NCBI GenBank assembly: GCA_020059485.1
Contig: JAGVCA010000036.1
Coordinates: 6,909 to 70,908 of the forward strand
Length of the DNA: 64,000 bases
From: Anaerolineales bacterium
GTDB taxonomy: Bacteria; Chloroflexota; Anaerolineae; Anaerolineales; UBA11579
Reading direction: 5' to 3'
The first letter of the stretch is position 1. The number at the start of each line of letters is the position of its first letter. Positions 9,100 to 17,226 of this stretch are shown here, piece by piece. The notes beneath the pieces were generated by a model. The model was not told where the DNA came from, made no database searches, and saw only the letters and a program-made list of their open reading frames with translations. Position numbers and translations under genes: made by a program.

Positions 9100-9206
9100 G
9101 TTTCCTCCATGGATATTGACTAACCTTACTATAGCACCGGCGGTACTGATTTCCTACTTACAATTTTGTTAGGTCGGAGGGCCTGATCCCTGCCCAAAAG
9201 TTGGGA

Positions 9207-9701
9207 TTACACCCCTTCCGGTCGGTGCCCAACCCAGCGGATTTCAATACCAGCCACCTGCCACAGCCGTTCAGCCAGTTCTCCGGTATGCTGCATCAGA
9301 TGCCGGATGTTGTAGAACTGCAGCTCGAACTTGGTCATATCCAGCCAATGAAAGCCGGATCCGGCCTCCAGGTTCAGGGCGTTGACCAGGTCATTGATCT
9401 GCGCTGAGAATTGGTCGATCAGGCCCAGGAGTTCAGCCTGTGTCTGCGGTTCCTGCTGGCCATCGTCGCCGGTCGGGTCGAATCGATGACTGTCAGCCCG
9501 TAGTCCCCGGAGAGGCTGGAAATCCTCGGCTGAGGGATGCAGGTAAAAATGGGAATAGAACAGGGTATGGGCGGCAATCTGCCAGTAGCGGTTCTTATAA
9601 GCCGGGTCATCCCACAGCACAGCCGGGCACAGTTCCACCACCTGCCGCAGCATCGCCAGCGAGGCGTGATATTGGGATTGGATCGCGGTCTTCATCTTCA
9701 T
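9207..9701 (-). CDS. DinB/YfiT family protein
   Basis: WQIAAHTLFY and YNIRHLMQHTGEL His motifs; start at ATG 9701 with AGAGGAG RBS. Confidence 0.82.
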   Translation of the reverse strand: MKMKTAIQSQYHASLAMLRQVVELCPAVLWDDPAYKNRYWQIAAHTLFYSHFYLHPSAEDFQPLRGLRADSHRFDPTGDDGQQEPQTQAELLGLIDQFSAQINDLVNALNLEAGSGFHWLDMTKFELQFYNIRHLMQHTGELAERLWQVAGIEIRWVGHRPEGV

Positions 9702-9796
9702 GATTTTCTCCTCTGCAGCACGCTCTAAGCAATTCCGGATAGGATTTCCCAGCATTATATCGCCGGAAGAATTTGACTGGCGCGGTATTTTCCTTC

Positions 9797-9848
9797 TGGA
9801 CAGGCAAGGAGAAAATCTATATACTGAAGATAGCTGGTCAGACCACTT
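9797..9848 (+). promoter_or_regulatory. fadR promoter with FadR operator
   Basis: TGGACA(9797)-17 nt-TATACT(9820). AGCTGGTCAGACCACTT (9832-9848) matches the FadR consensus AACTGGTCnGACCAGTT with two mismatches and overlaps the predicted +1. Confidence 0.75.
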
Positions 9849-9864
9849 ACCAGAGGAGAGCTTC

Positions 9865-10572
9865 ATGAATTGGATCACCCCTGCCAAACCGGCTGAGATC
9901 ACCGAAACCCGCCTGATCGAGGCTATCCTCAGCGGGTATTTCCCCGTCAATACTACCTTGCCTGGTGAACGCGAACTGGCCACCCAGTTAGGCGTCACCC
10001 GGCCCACCCTGCGGGAAGCTCTGCAGCGGCTGGCTCGTGATGGCTGGATCGAGATCCAGCATGGGAAACCCACCCGGATATGTAATTACTGGGAGGAAGG
10101 CAGCCTCGGTGTCCTGGCCGCCATCGCCCGGCATGCCAACAACCTGCCGGAGAAGTTCATCGAAAACCTGCTCGCCGTCCGAGCTTTGCTGGCCCCGGCC
10201 TACGCTCGCGCTGCCGTCGAGAACCAAGCGACCGGGTTGATTGCCCTGCTGGCAGACAATCTCACCCTGCCTGCAGAAGCCGAGGCCTACGCCCAGGCAG
10301 ACTGGGCGCTGCACCACCACCTGACGATCGCCTCTGGCAACCCGGTCTTCACCTTGATCCTGAACGGCTTCCGCGAGTTGTACCCCGCCCTGGGCCGGCG
10401 CTACTTCCGCAGCCCGGCGGCCCGGACCGCCTCACACGATTTCTACCGGCACCTGCAGGCCAGCGCCGCAGCCGGGGACCCGCACCAGGCGGAAACCGTC
10501 ACCCGGCAGGCAATGCTGATCTCCCAGCAGTTATGGGCACAACAGGGGGAAGGAGCGGGGCAGAATGACTGA
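9865..10572 (+). CDS. fadR: Fatty acid metabolism regulator FadR (GntR family, E. coli type)
   Basis: LPGERELATQLGVTRPTLREALQRLARDGWIEIQHGKPTRICNYWE and SGNPVFTLILNGF closely follow E. coli FadR; RBS AGAGGAG. Confidence 0.85.
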   Translation: MNWITPAKPAEITETRLIEAILSGYFPVNTTLPGERELATQLGVTRPTLREALQRLARDGWIEIQHGKPTRICNYWEEGSLGVLAAIARHANNLPEKFIENLLAVRALLAPAYARAAVENQATGLIALLADNLTLPAEAEAYAQADWALHHHLTIASGNPVFTLILNGFRELYPALGRRYFRSPAARTASHDFYRHLQASAAAGDPHQAETVTRQAMLISQQLWAQQGEGAGQND

Positions 10573-12316
10573 TCGGGACAAAACCCCAAACTGGTACCAG
10601 GGCCCACTCCCGGAACGCTCTTTCCGGTCGATCTTCCGCTGGGGCGCGCCGGACCGCTTTAAACATCCCGGCCGCGGGATGGTTGCGATGATCCACGAAC
10701 TGCTGGCCGTGCCCACCGACGGATTCGACAAGCCGGCCAATCTCGGTCTGGATCTGGTTCCCGACCAGCCGCCGGCCACGCTAATACCGGAACACCGCCG
10801 TGTACTGGCCGCTATCGTCGGCGAAGACAACATCCAGACCGACGGCTACCACCGTTTGCGGGCCAGTTACGGCCAGGGGATGATCGACAGCCTACGCCTG
10901 CGCTCCGGCGTGATCGAAAACCTGCCGGATGTGGTCGTCCATCCCCGCAGCCCGGAAGACATCACCCGGATCGTCCGCTTCTGCCACCAGGAGCGCATCC
11001 CGCTGTATGTGGTCAGCGGACGGTCGTCGGTCACCCGCGGTTTTGAAGCCGTCCAGGGCGGGGTCACGCTGGATATGTCCACCCACATGAACAAGGTGCT
11101 GGCGATCAACGAGACCAACCAGACCGTCACCGTGCAGCCCGGAATCTTCGGGCCGGCACTGGAAACCGCGCTCAATCACGCGGCCGAACGGTTCGGCTGC
11201 CGGCGCAATTACACCTGCGGCCACTTTCCGCAATCCTTCCAGTTCTCCACCGTCGGCGGCTGGGTTGCCACCCGCGGCGCCGGGCAGAACTCCACTTACT
11301 ATGGCAAGATCGAAGGCCTGGTCATCGCCCAGGAAGTCGTCACCCCAGCCGGGACCATCGCCACCCAGCCTTATCCCCGCCAGGCGACCGGCCCGGACCT
11401 CAACCAGATCCTGACCGGCAGCGAAGGCACTTTCGGCGTGCTGGTCGAGGTGACCCTCAAGATCTTCCGCCACCAGCCGGAGAACACCCGCCGCTTTAGC
11501 TATATGTTCCGCACCTGGGATCAGGCCTGCCGGGCCGCCCGCGAGATCATGCAGTCCGAAGCCGGTTATCCCTCGGTCTTCCGCATCTCAGACCCGGAAG
11601 AGACCGATGTCGCCATGCAAATGTACAACCTGGCCGGTACCCCGGCAGAAGCCGCCCTGGCCGCGCTCGGGTACCGCACTGGCGAGAAATGCCTGCTGAT
11701 CGGTACCGCCGACGGCGATCGTCGTTTGACTCGCGCCATTCACCGTAACGTCCGGCAGGTCTGCCGGTCATATGGGGCTTTCCCACTGACCGCCTTTGGC
11801 GTCGTCCAGCGCTGGGAGCACAGCCGCTTCCTCGACCCCTACCTGCGGGATGATCTCGCAGATTTCGGCGTCATAATCGACACACTGGAATGCAGCGTCA
11901 CCTGGGAATCCTTGCCGGCAGTCCATGCCGGGGTACGGGAGGTTGTCAAAGCCAAGCCGCACACCGTCTGCATGACCCACATCTCCCATTTCTACCCCCA
12001 GGGCGCCAACCTGTACTTCATCTTTATCACCCGCTGCACCGACCGGGAGGATTACCTCCGTCTGCAGTATACGGTCTTGCAGGCCATCCGCGACTACGGC
12101 GGGTCCGCCAGCCACCATCACGGCGTCGGCAAGGCGTTCGCGCCCTGGCTGCCCGACCAATTGGGTGATAGTGGGATGGCAGTGCTGCACGCGCTCAAAG
12201 GCCACTTCGACCCCCATGGGATCATGAACCCGGGCGGCACGCTCGGACTGGACCTGACCGCCGAGCAGCGCAGCAAGCGCTGGGGGCTTACTCCCCGCAC
12301 CCAGGAGGAGGACTAA
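10565..12316 (+). CDS. FAD-binding oxidoreductase, alkyl-DHAP-synthase-like
   Basis: PDVVVHP, GHFPQSFQFSTVGGWVATRGAGQNSTYYGKIE, TGPDL..GSEGTFGV, SHHHGVG, FDPHGIMNPG. Confidence 0.88.
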   Translation: MTDRDKTPNWYQGPLPERSFRSIFRWGAPDRFKHPGRGMVAMIHELLAVPTDGFDKPANLGLDLVPDQPPATLIPEHRRVLAAIVGEDNIQTDGYHRLRASYGQGMIDSLRLRSGVIENLPDVVVHPRSPEDITRIVRFCHQERIPLYVVSGRSSVTRGFEAVQGGVTLDMSTHMNKVLAINETNQTVTVQPGIFGPALETALNHAAERFGCRRNYTCGHFPQSFQFSTVGGWVATRGAGQNSTYYGKIEGLVIAQEVVTPAGTIATQPYPRQATGPDLNQILTGSEGTFGVLVEVTLKIFRHQPENTRRFSYMFRTWDQACRAAREIMQSEAGYPSVFRISDPEETDVAMQMYNLAGTPAEAALAALGYRTGEKCLLIGTADGDRRLTRAIHRNVRQVCRSYGAFPLTAFGVVQRWEHSRFLDPYLRDDLADFGVIIDTLECSVTWESLPAVHAGVREVVKAKPHTVCMTHISHFYPQGANLYFIFITRCTDREDYLRLQYTVLQAIRDYGGSASHHHGVGKAFAPWLPDQLGDSGMAVLHALKGHFDPHGIMNPGGTLGLDLTAEQRSKRWGLTPRTQEED

Positions 12317-12317
12317 C

Positions 12318-13901
12318 ATGTGGCAGCCCGGATGGCGTGACGAGATCTGGTCCCGACTGGACGAAGACTGGGACATCATCGTGGTGGGCGGGGGCATTAC
12401 CGGCGCGGGCATCCTGCGGGAAGCGGTTCGGGCCGGGTACCGGGCACTGCTGGTGGAAGCGCAGGACTTCGCCGGCGGCACTTCCAGCCGCTCCTCTAAG
12501 CTGGTGCATGGCGGGCTGCGCTACCTGGCCAACGCCCAGTTCAGGGTGACCTATGAATCCGTCCACGAGCGCGAACTGCTGCTGAAAGGCGGCTGCGGCC
12601 TGGTCAACCGTCTGGACATCCTGATGCCCAACGCCGACAGCAACCGAGTCCCCCCCTGGGCCTTCGGCCTCGGCCTGGTGCTCTACAGCCTGATGGCCCG
12701 GAAGCGCTCCTTTGGTTTCAAAACCAGGGCGAACCTGACTGCCATGATCCCGCAGTTAAGCCCCTCCGGGCTGAGCAGCGCCTTCCAGTATTACGATGCC
12801 AACGCCGACGACGCCCGGTTGACCTTACGGGTCATCCGGGAGGCTGTGGCGGCTGGCGGGACCGCGATCAATTACGTCCGGGCAGCCGATGTACTGCGGG
12901 ACCAAACCGGTCGTGTCCGCGGCGTCCGGGCGGAAGACCGGGCCGGGGACCGTCAATCGGTCGAGGTGCGTGCCCGGCTGGTGATCAACGCCGCCGGAGC
13001 CTGGGCAGATGGCCTGCGGGAAAAAGTCGGCGGCGCTCGCCGTCTGCGCCCGCTGCAAGGCAGCCACCTGGTGCTGCCCTTTGACCGCCTGCCGCTCAAG
13101 CAGTCCGTCTCCGTCTTTCATCCCCGGGACGGCCGCCCGGTCTTCACCCTGCCCTGGGAGAGCGTCACCCTGGTTGGGACCACCGATATCGATATCGGCC
13201 ACCAGTTTTCCGAAAACCCCTCTATCACCGCCGACGAGACCGGTTATCTGCTGGAGTTCCTGGCCCACACCTACCCCATGGAGCGGATCGGCCCCGAGGA
13301 TGTGCTCTGCACACTGTACGGCATCCGCCCGGTGATCGATACCGGCAAGGCCAACCCTTCAAAGGAATCGCGCGAACACGCCATCTGGCTGGAGGACGGC
13401 CTGCTGACTGTCACTGGCGGCAAGCTGACCACCTTCCGGCTGATGGCGCGGGATGTGATGAAAGCCGCCAGGAAGCTGGCAGCCCCCTCCCTGCCTGGGA
13501 ATGACGCCCACTCCTGCCTGCAGGCCGTCCCACCGGAAGCAGTCGAAACTGCCGCCGGGCAGATCGCGCCGGCGTCCGCCCTGCGGCTAGCCGGCCGCTA
13601 CGGAGGCGAGGCTGCTGTCCTGCTGGCCGAGGCCGACCCCGGGAGCTTGACACCGATCGAGGATACGCCCTATCTGTGGGCGGAACTGCGCTGGGCGGCC
13701 GGGATGGAAGGTATTGTCCACCTCGACGACCTGCTGCTGCGCCGCGTCCGGCTCGGTTTGCTGCTGCCCGCAGGCGGCATCCCGCTGCTGCCGCGCATCC
13801 GCGAAACCGCCCAGCCGGAATTGGGCTGGGACGACGCCCGCTGGGAGCGCGAAACCGAGCGGTATATCGGCATCTGGAATACCGGTTACCGCGTTAAGTA
13901 G
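12318..13901 (+). CDS. glpD: Glycerol-3-phosphate dehydrogenase/oxidase (GlpD family)
   Basis: IVVGGGITGAG, DFAGGTSSRSSKLVHGGLRYL, DDARL, GGKLTTFRLMA, LDDLLLRR.R. Confidence 0.9.
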   Translation: MWQPGWRDEIWSRLDEDWDIIVVGGGITGAGILREAVRAGYRALLVEAQDFAGGTSSRSSKLVHGGLRYLANAQFRVTYESVHERELLLKGGCGLVNRLDILMPNADSNRVPPWAFGLGLVLYSLMARKRSFGFKTRANLTAMIPQLSPSGLSSAFQYYDANADDARLTLRVIREAVAAGGTAINYVRAADVLRDQTGRVRGVRAEDRAGDRQSVEVRARLVINAAGAWADGLREKVGGARRLRPLQGSHLVLPFDRLPLKQSVSVFHPRDGRPVFTLPWESVTLVGTTDIDIGHQFSENPSITADETGYLLEFLAHTYPMERIGPEDVLCTLYGIRPVIDTGKANPSKESREHAIWLEDGLLTVTGGKLTTFRLMARDVMKAARKLAAPSLPGNDAHSCLQAVPPEAVETAAGQIAPASALRLAGRYGGEAAVLLAEADPGSLTPIEDTPYLWAELRWAAGMEGIVHLDDLLLRRVRLGLLLPAGGIPLLPRIRETAQPELGWDDARWERETERYIGIWNTGYRVK

Positions 13902-14012
13902 CACAGGGATCTATTTTTTCTTTAACGCCTGGACCGCTATAAATCCTGGAATCATCCTGCTGGGTTTAGCGGTCCAACCTACCGGTTTTGTTATGCTCAA
14001 GAGCAGTTCGCC

Positions 14013-15929
14013 TCAAGGCATGTAACATCCGAAAAGCCCGCCCGTTAGAGGCATCCGCCAGTCACAATTCGCCGCTTCACACGAGTTCTGGTCATTATAT
14101 TGGCTGGGGTTCACGCAGCTCACCACAGTCGGGGTCGGGCATGGCGGGACATAGACCGTGATCTCCGTGCACGACATGCCCCCGAATTCGATCGGGATAC
14201 AAGCGTTGGTCACCGGGTCAAACCGCGTCCATGGTGGGCAGATCGGGGCCGGGGTTTCCGGGATACAACACCCCGCTGCCGGGTCCATCTGGTAGCCCTC
14301 TGGGCATTCCGGGTTGAGGAACAACGACCAGCAGATCGGGCAGTCGCCCAGATCAAGCAGGATCATGTTCGGCGGGCAAGCCTCAAAAAGATCAAACGGC
14401 CAGCATTCATCCGGCTGCGGCACAGTGCCTGGATTAACCTCAAACTCACCGGCCAGGAGGGGGAAGGCGGGCATGAAGTTGATAAAGTCGTCCGGATCAG
14501 ATCCCTCCTCTCCCGGAGCACCCTCCACATTACAATTTAGCAGGTAGGGCAGGCACCCGCACTTAAGGTCATAGTGATACCCGGGGGGGCAGGTTGCCAC
14601 AGCGGGGTCCCCTTCGGGAACGCAACCAAAACCATCCAGCCAGTAAGTACCATACGGGCAAGAATTCTCTTCCTCAGACGGGCTGACCAGATCAACATCG
14701 ATACTGACCATAGACTGACAGTGACCGCTCTCACGGTTGAAGAAGAATCCCGGATCACACTGCGGGCACAGGCTGATGGTCACATTGGTTCCCGGTTTGA
14801 CCGCCGCCCCGTAGCACACCACCATATCGTTCACCGGGTCGCAGGAAATCGCTCCATTGGGGCTGGTGATCTCGAACTGGGTCAGGTCCACCTCATCGGG
14901 TGAAGACAGCACCACCCCGGCAGACTGGCCCGCCCCGCGCAGTTCACAATACCCCTCGCCTGTGATACGGGGGGGTTCAGACGCAGGCGTGTCCTCCGGT
15001 GGATCTCCACCAATGACAGGAGGCAGCTGGCACAACTGAGGTGGGACCGTCTCGCCGCAGCTCCAGGAGCAGCGAAAGCCCAGGTCTGTCCGGGCGTGGT
15101 CCGGCTCCAGGGCATCCCGCAGATACGCCTGCAGTTCTTCCGCCGGCGTCTGGTAACCGCCGCCCCGGAAGACGCGCAGAGTGCCCGTCTCCGGGCCTTG
15201 CGGGTTGGAAGCGGGGGAATTCTGGTAATAATCCGCGCCATACCAGTCTGCCACCCATTCATGCACATTGCCGCTCATATCCAGCATTTCAAACGGGCTT
15301 TTCCCGTCCGGGAGAATGCCGCTGAAAATAGGCTGGTCGTCCTCAGGTGCCAGACATCCGGCAAAATTGGCGTTTTCGCAGTCCGGCTCGTCCTCCCCCC
15401 ATGGGTACGTGAAGGATCCTGCTCCCCGGGCCGCGTATTCCCACTCGGCTTCCGTCGGTAGGCGTGTCCCGATCCACTCGCAATAGGCATCCGCCTGCTC
15501 CCAGGAAACCCCCACCACAGGTGTGTCAAGCCGTTCAACATCTTCGTACCAGTACGGCTGGTCCGTGGATTCTGCCGGCGGCTCACAAACGCCGGCAGTC
15601 ACACAGTTGGCATACTGCCGGTTAGTGACCTCGCCCTCGTGCATCCAGAGACCCGGCAGGGAGACGGAGTGCACCGGCTCAAAGTCTTGCTCGGCATCCG
15701 GGTCCTCAAAGCCCATCTGGAAATCGTTTTCGCGGATGAAAATGAACGTGCTGAGGTCGAACCAGGTCAGGCGCGTTCCCTGCGGTAAGTCACAATAGTC
15801 AAATTCTGCTTCCGTTTCCCCAGGCAAATCAGGTACAGGGGCCTCTTCGTCAGGCTCAACTGGAAAGTTGCAAGCTGCCAGGAGTGTGACCAGCAGGAGC
15901 GCTAGCAAACCGCCGGCTATCCTTTTCAT
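14013..15929 (-). CDS. Lipoprotein with FGE-sulfatase (SUMF1/CLec) domain and Cys-rich repeats, paralog A
   Basis: LLAAC lipobox; EVTNRQY, RLPTEAEWEYAARG, DMSGNVHEWVADWY, RGG, LGFRC; CPxGxxxD...C repeats. Start ATG 15929 with GGAGG. Confidence 0.88.
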   Translation of the reverse strand: MKRIAGGLLALLLVTLLAACNFPVEPDEEAPVPDLPGETEAEFDYCDLPQGTRLTWFDLSTFIFIRENDFQMGFEDPDAEQDFEPVHSVSLPGLWMHEGEVTNRQYANCVTAGVCEPPAESTDQPYWYEDVERLDTPVVGVSWEQADAYCEWIGTRLPTEAEWEYAARGAGSFTYPWGEDEPDCENANFAGCLAPEDDQPIFSGILPDGKSPFEMLDMSGNVHEWVADWYGADYYQNSPASNPQGPETGTLRVFRGGGYQTPAEELQAYLRDALEPDHARTDLGFRCSWSCGETVPPQLCQLPPVIGGDPPEDTPASEPPRITGEGYCELRGAGQSAGVVLSSPDEVDLTQFEITSPNGAISCDPVNDMVVCYGAAVKPGTNVTISLCPQCDPGFFFNRESGHCQSMVSIDVDLVSPSEEENSCPYGTYWLDGFGCVPEGDPAVATCPPGYHYDLKCGCLPYLLNCNVEGAPGEEGSDPDDFINFMPAFPLLAGEFEVNPGTVPQPDECWPFDLFEACPPNMILLDLGDCPICWSLFLNPECPEGYQMDPAAGCCIPETPAPICPPWTRFDPVTNACIPIEFGGMSCTEITVYVPPCPTPTVVSCVNPSQYNDQNSCEAANCDWRMPLTGGLFGCYMP

Positions 15930-16026
15930 CTGACACCTCCTTTTGTACACATCCATTGTAGGAGTTTTCACAAATAAACGCAATCAGGAATGTCTCACCA
16001 GGGTAAGCAAACATTGCGCAAAAAAA

Positions 16027-16341
16027 TGGTAGAAGAGTTCAAGCAGGAGCAAGCCTCCTTGCCCGCCGACGGTATCGAGGTGCTCCTCTGGGCACTCTCG
16101 GTGGTCTTCTATCCCAGTTTCCACCACCAATCTCCGGAACAGTAAAATGAATAACACTACCGATCAAAACCACAGCCCCAAAACCATGCGCACCTTTATG
16201 GTGATCTGAGCCGGGCAGTTCATCTCCCTGGTCGGCTCCGGACTGACCAGTTTCGGGCTGAGCGTGTGGGTTTTCACCCAGACCGGCAAAGCCACCCAGA
16301 TCACCATCAAAGCACTGCTGTGGCCGCATATCCCGCAGCCC
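16027..16341 (+). pseudogene. Degenerate copy of the 3' end of the HTH regulator and 5'/internal pieces of the MFS gene
   Basis: 16027-16309 aligns to 19947-20229 (offset 3920) with TGG to TGA at 16207-16209. About 16312-16341 aligns to about 20634-20663. Confidence 0.88.
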
Positions 16342-16346
16342 CTTTT

Positions 16347-16520
16347 ACCTGTTGCTGTGCCGCGTCCGACTAGGCTTGCTGCTGCCCGCAGGCGGCATCC
16401 CGCTGCTGCCGCTCATCCGCGAAACCGCCCGGTAGGAATTAGGCTGGGACGACGCCCGCTGGGCGCGTGAAACCGAGCGGTATATCGACATCTGGAATAC
16501 CGGTTACCGCCTAAAGTAGC
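16347..16520 (+). pseudogene. Degenerate copy of the glpD 3' end
   Basis: Aligns to 13729-13902 (offset 2618), with an in-frame TAG at 16433-16435. Confidence 0.9.
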
Positions 16521-16531
16521 GCAAGATTTGC

Positions 16532-17116
16532 CTATTCTTCGGGTTGCTCCGACTCAGGTTCCGCAGTCGGTTCTGTGATTGTGATGCATCGGTCGGCGAA
16601 TTCTTCCAGCGGTTCCACGGCCGCCACCAACTCCTCGTACGAGACCGGCTCAATCACGTGCAGGACATCGTACCTGGTGTCGGCGGTCGGCAGACCGCGC
16701 CGCACAACCGCGCTGAACTGTCCGACATCGGACCCGCACAGCCAATTAAAGGCCTCGGTCACTTCGATCTCGACCAGCCAATCATCGGTATAGCAGTAGG
16801 TATCGCCATATTCGGCAGCCTGGACAACACACTCCTCGCCTCCGCTGCGTCTGACGGTCCCGATCTTGTGCAAGATCACAATGCCAGCAGCATCCGGGTT
16901 TCCTTCAGGATCGTAGGGCGAGACAGCCTCGCTGACCAGGGTATCGATCTCAGCCTGGGTCATCTCCAAGCTGTCGATGTCGTCACCGCCGGGGTAGATT
17001 ACGGTGTATAGGATGAATCCGAGTACGACTACGGCCACAACGGCTGCGGCCCCGATCAGGATCCTGCGATTCTGTTCCATTTTGGGCTTTTCTGCTGATT
17101 CTGGTGTTTCTCCCAT
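16532..17116 (-). CDS. Single-TM extracytoplasmic hypothetical protein
   Basis: AGGAGG RBS, one TM, acidic domain with four Cys. Confidence 0.7.
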   Translation of the reverse strand: MGETPESAEKPKMEQNRRILIGAAAVVAVVVLGFILYTVIYPGGDDIDSLEMTQAEIDTLVSEAVSPYDPEGNPDAAGIVILHKIGTVRRSGGEECVVQAAEYGDTYCYTDDWLVEIEVTEAFNWLCGSDVGQFSAVVRRGLPTADTRYDVLHVIEPVSYEELVAAVEPLEEFADRCITITEPTAEPESEQPEE

Positions 17117-17226
17117 TACAAATCCTCCTTGATTTGATGTGCCAAGGAGATTATATCAAAGTAACGTTAAGCAGGCTACGTAATTGGCTTTCTTCCCGCG
17201 GTTGTTTGGAGTCCTGGTAGTTTTTT

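Noticed and set aside
13920-13997. Integron attC-like site (TAAC...TGGACCGCT/AGCGGTCCA...GTTATGC)
   Set aside because: The outer boxes are poorly complementary and asymmetrically spaced, there is only one copy, and no integrase is present. It is more simply a hairpin between convergent genes.
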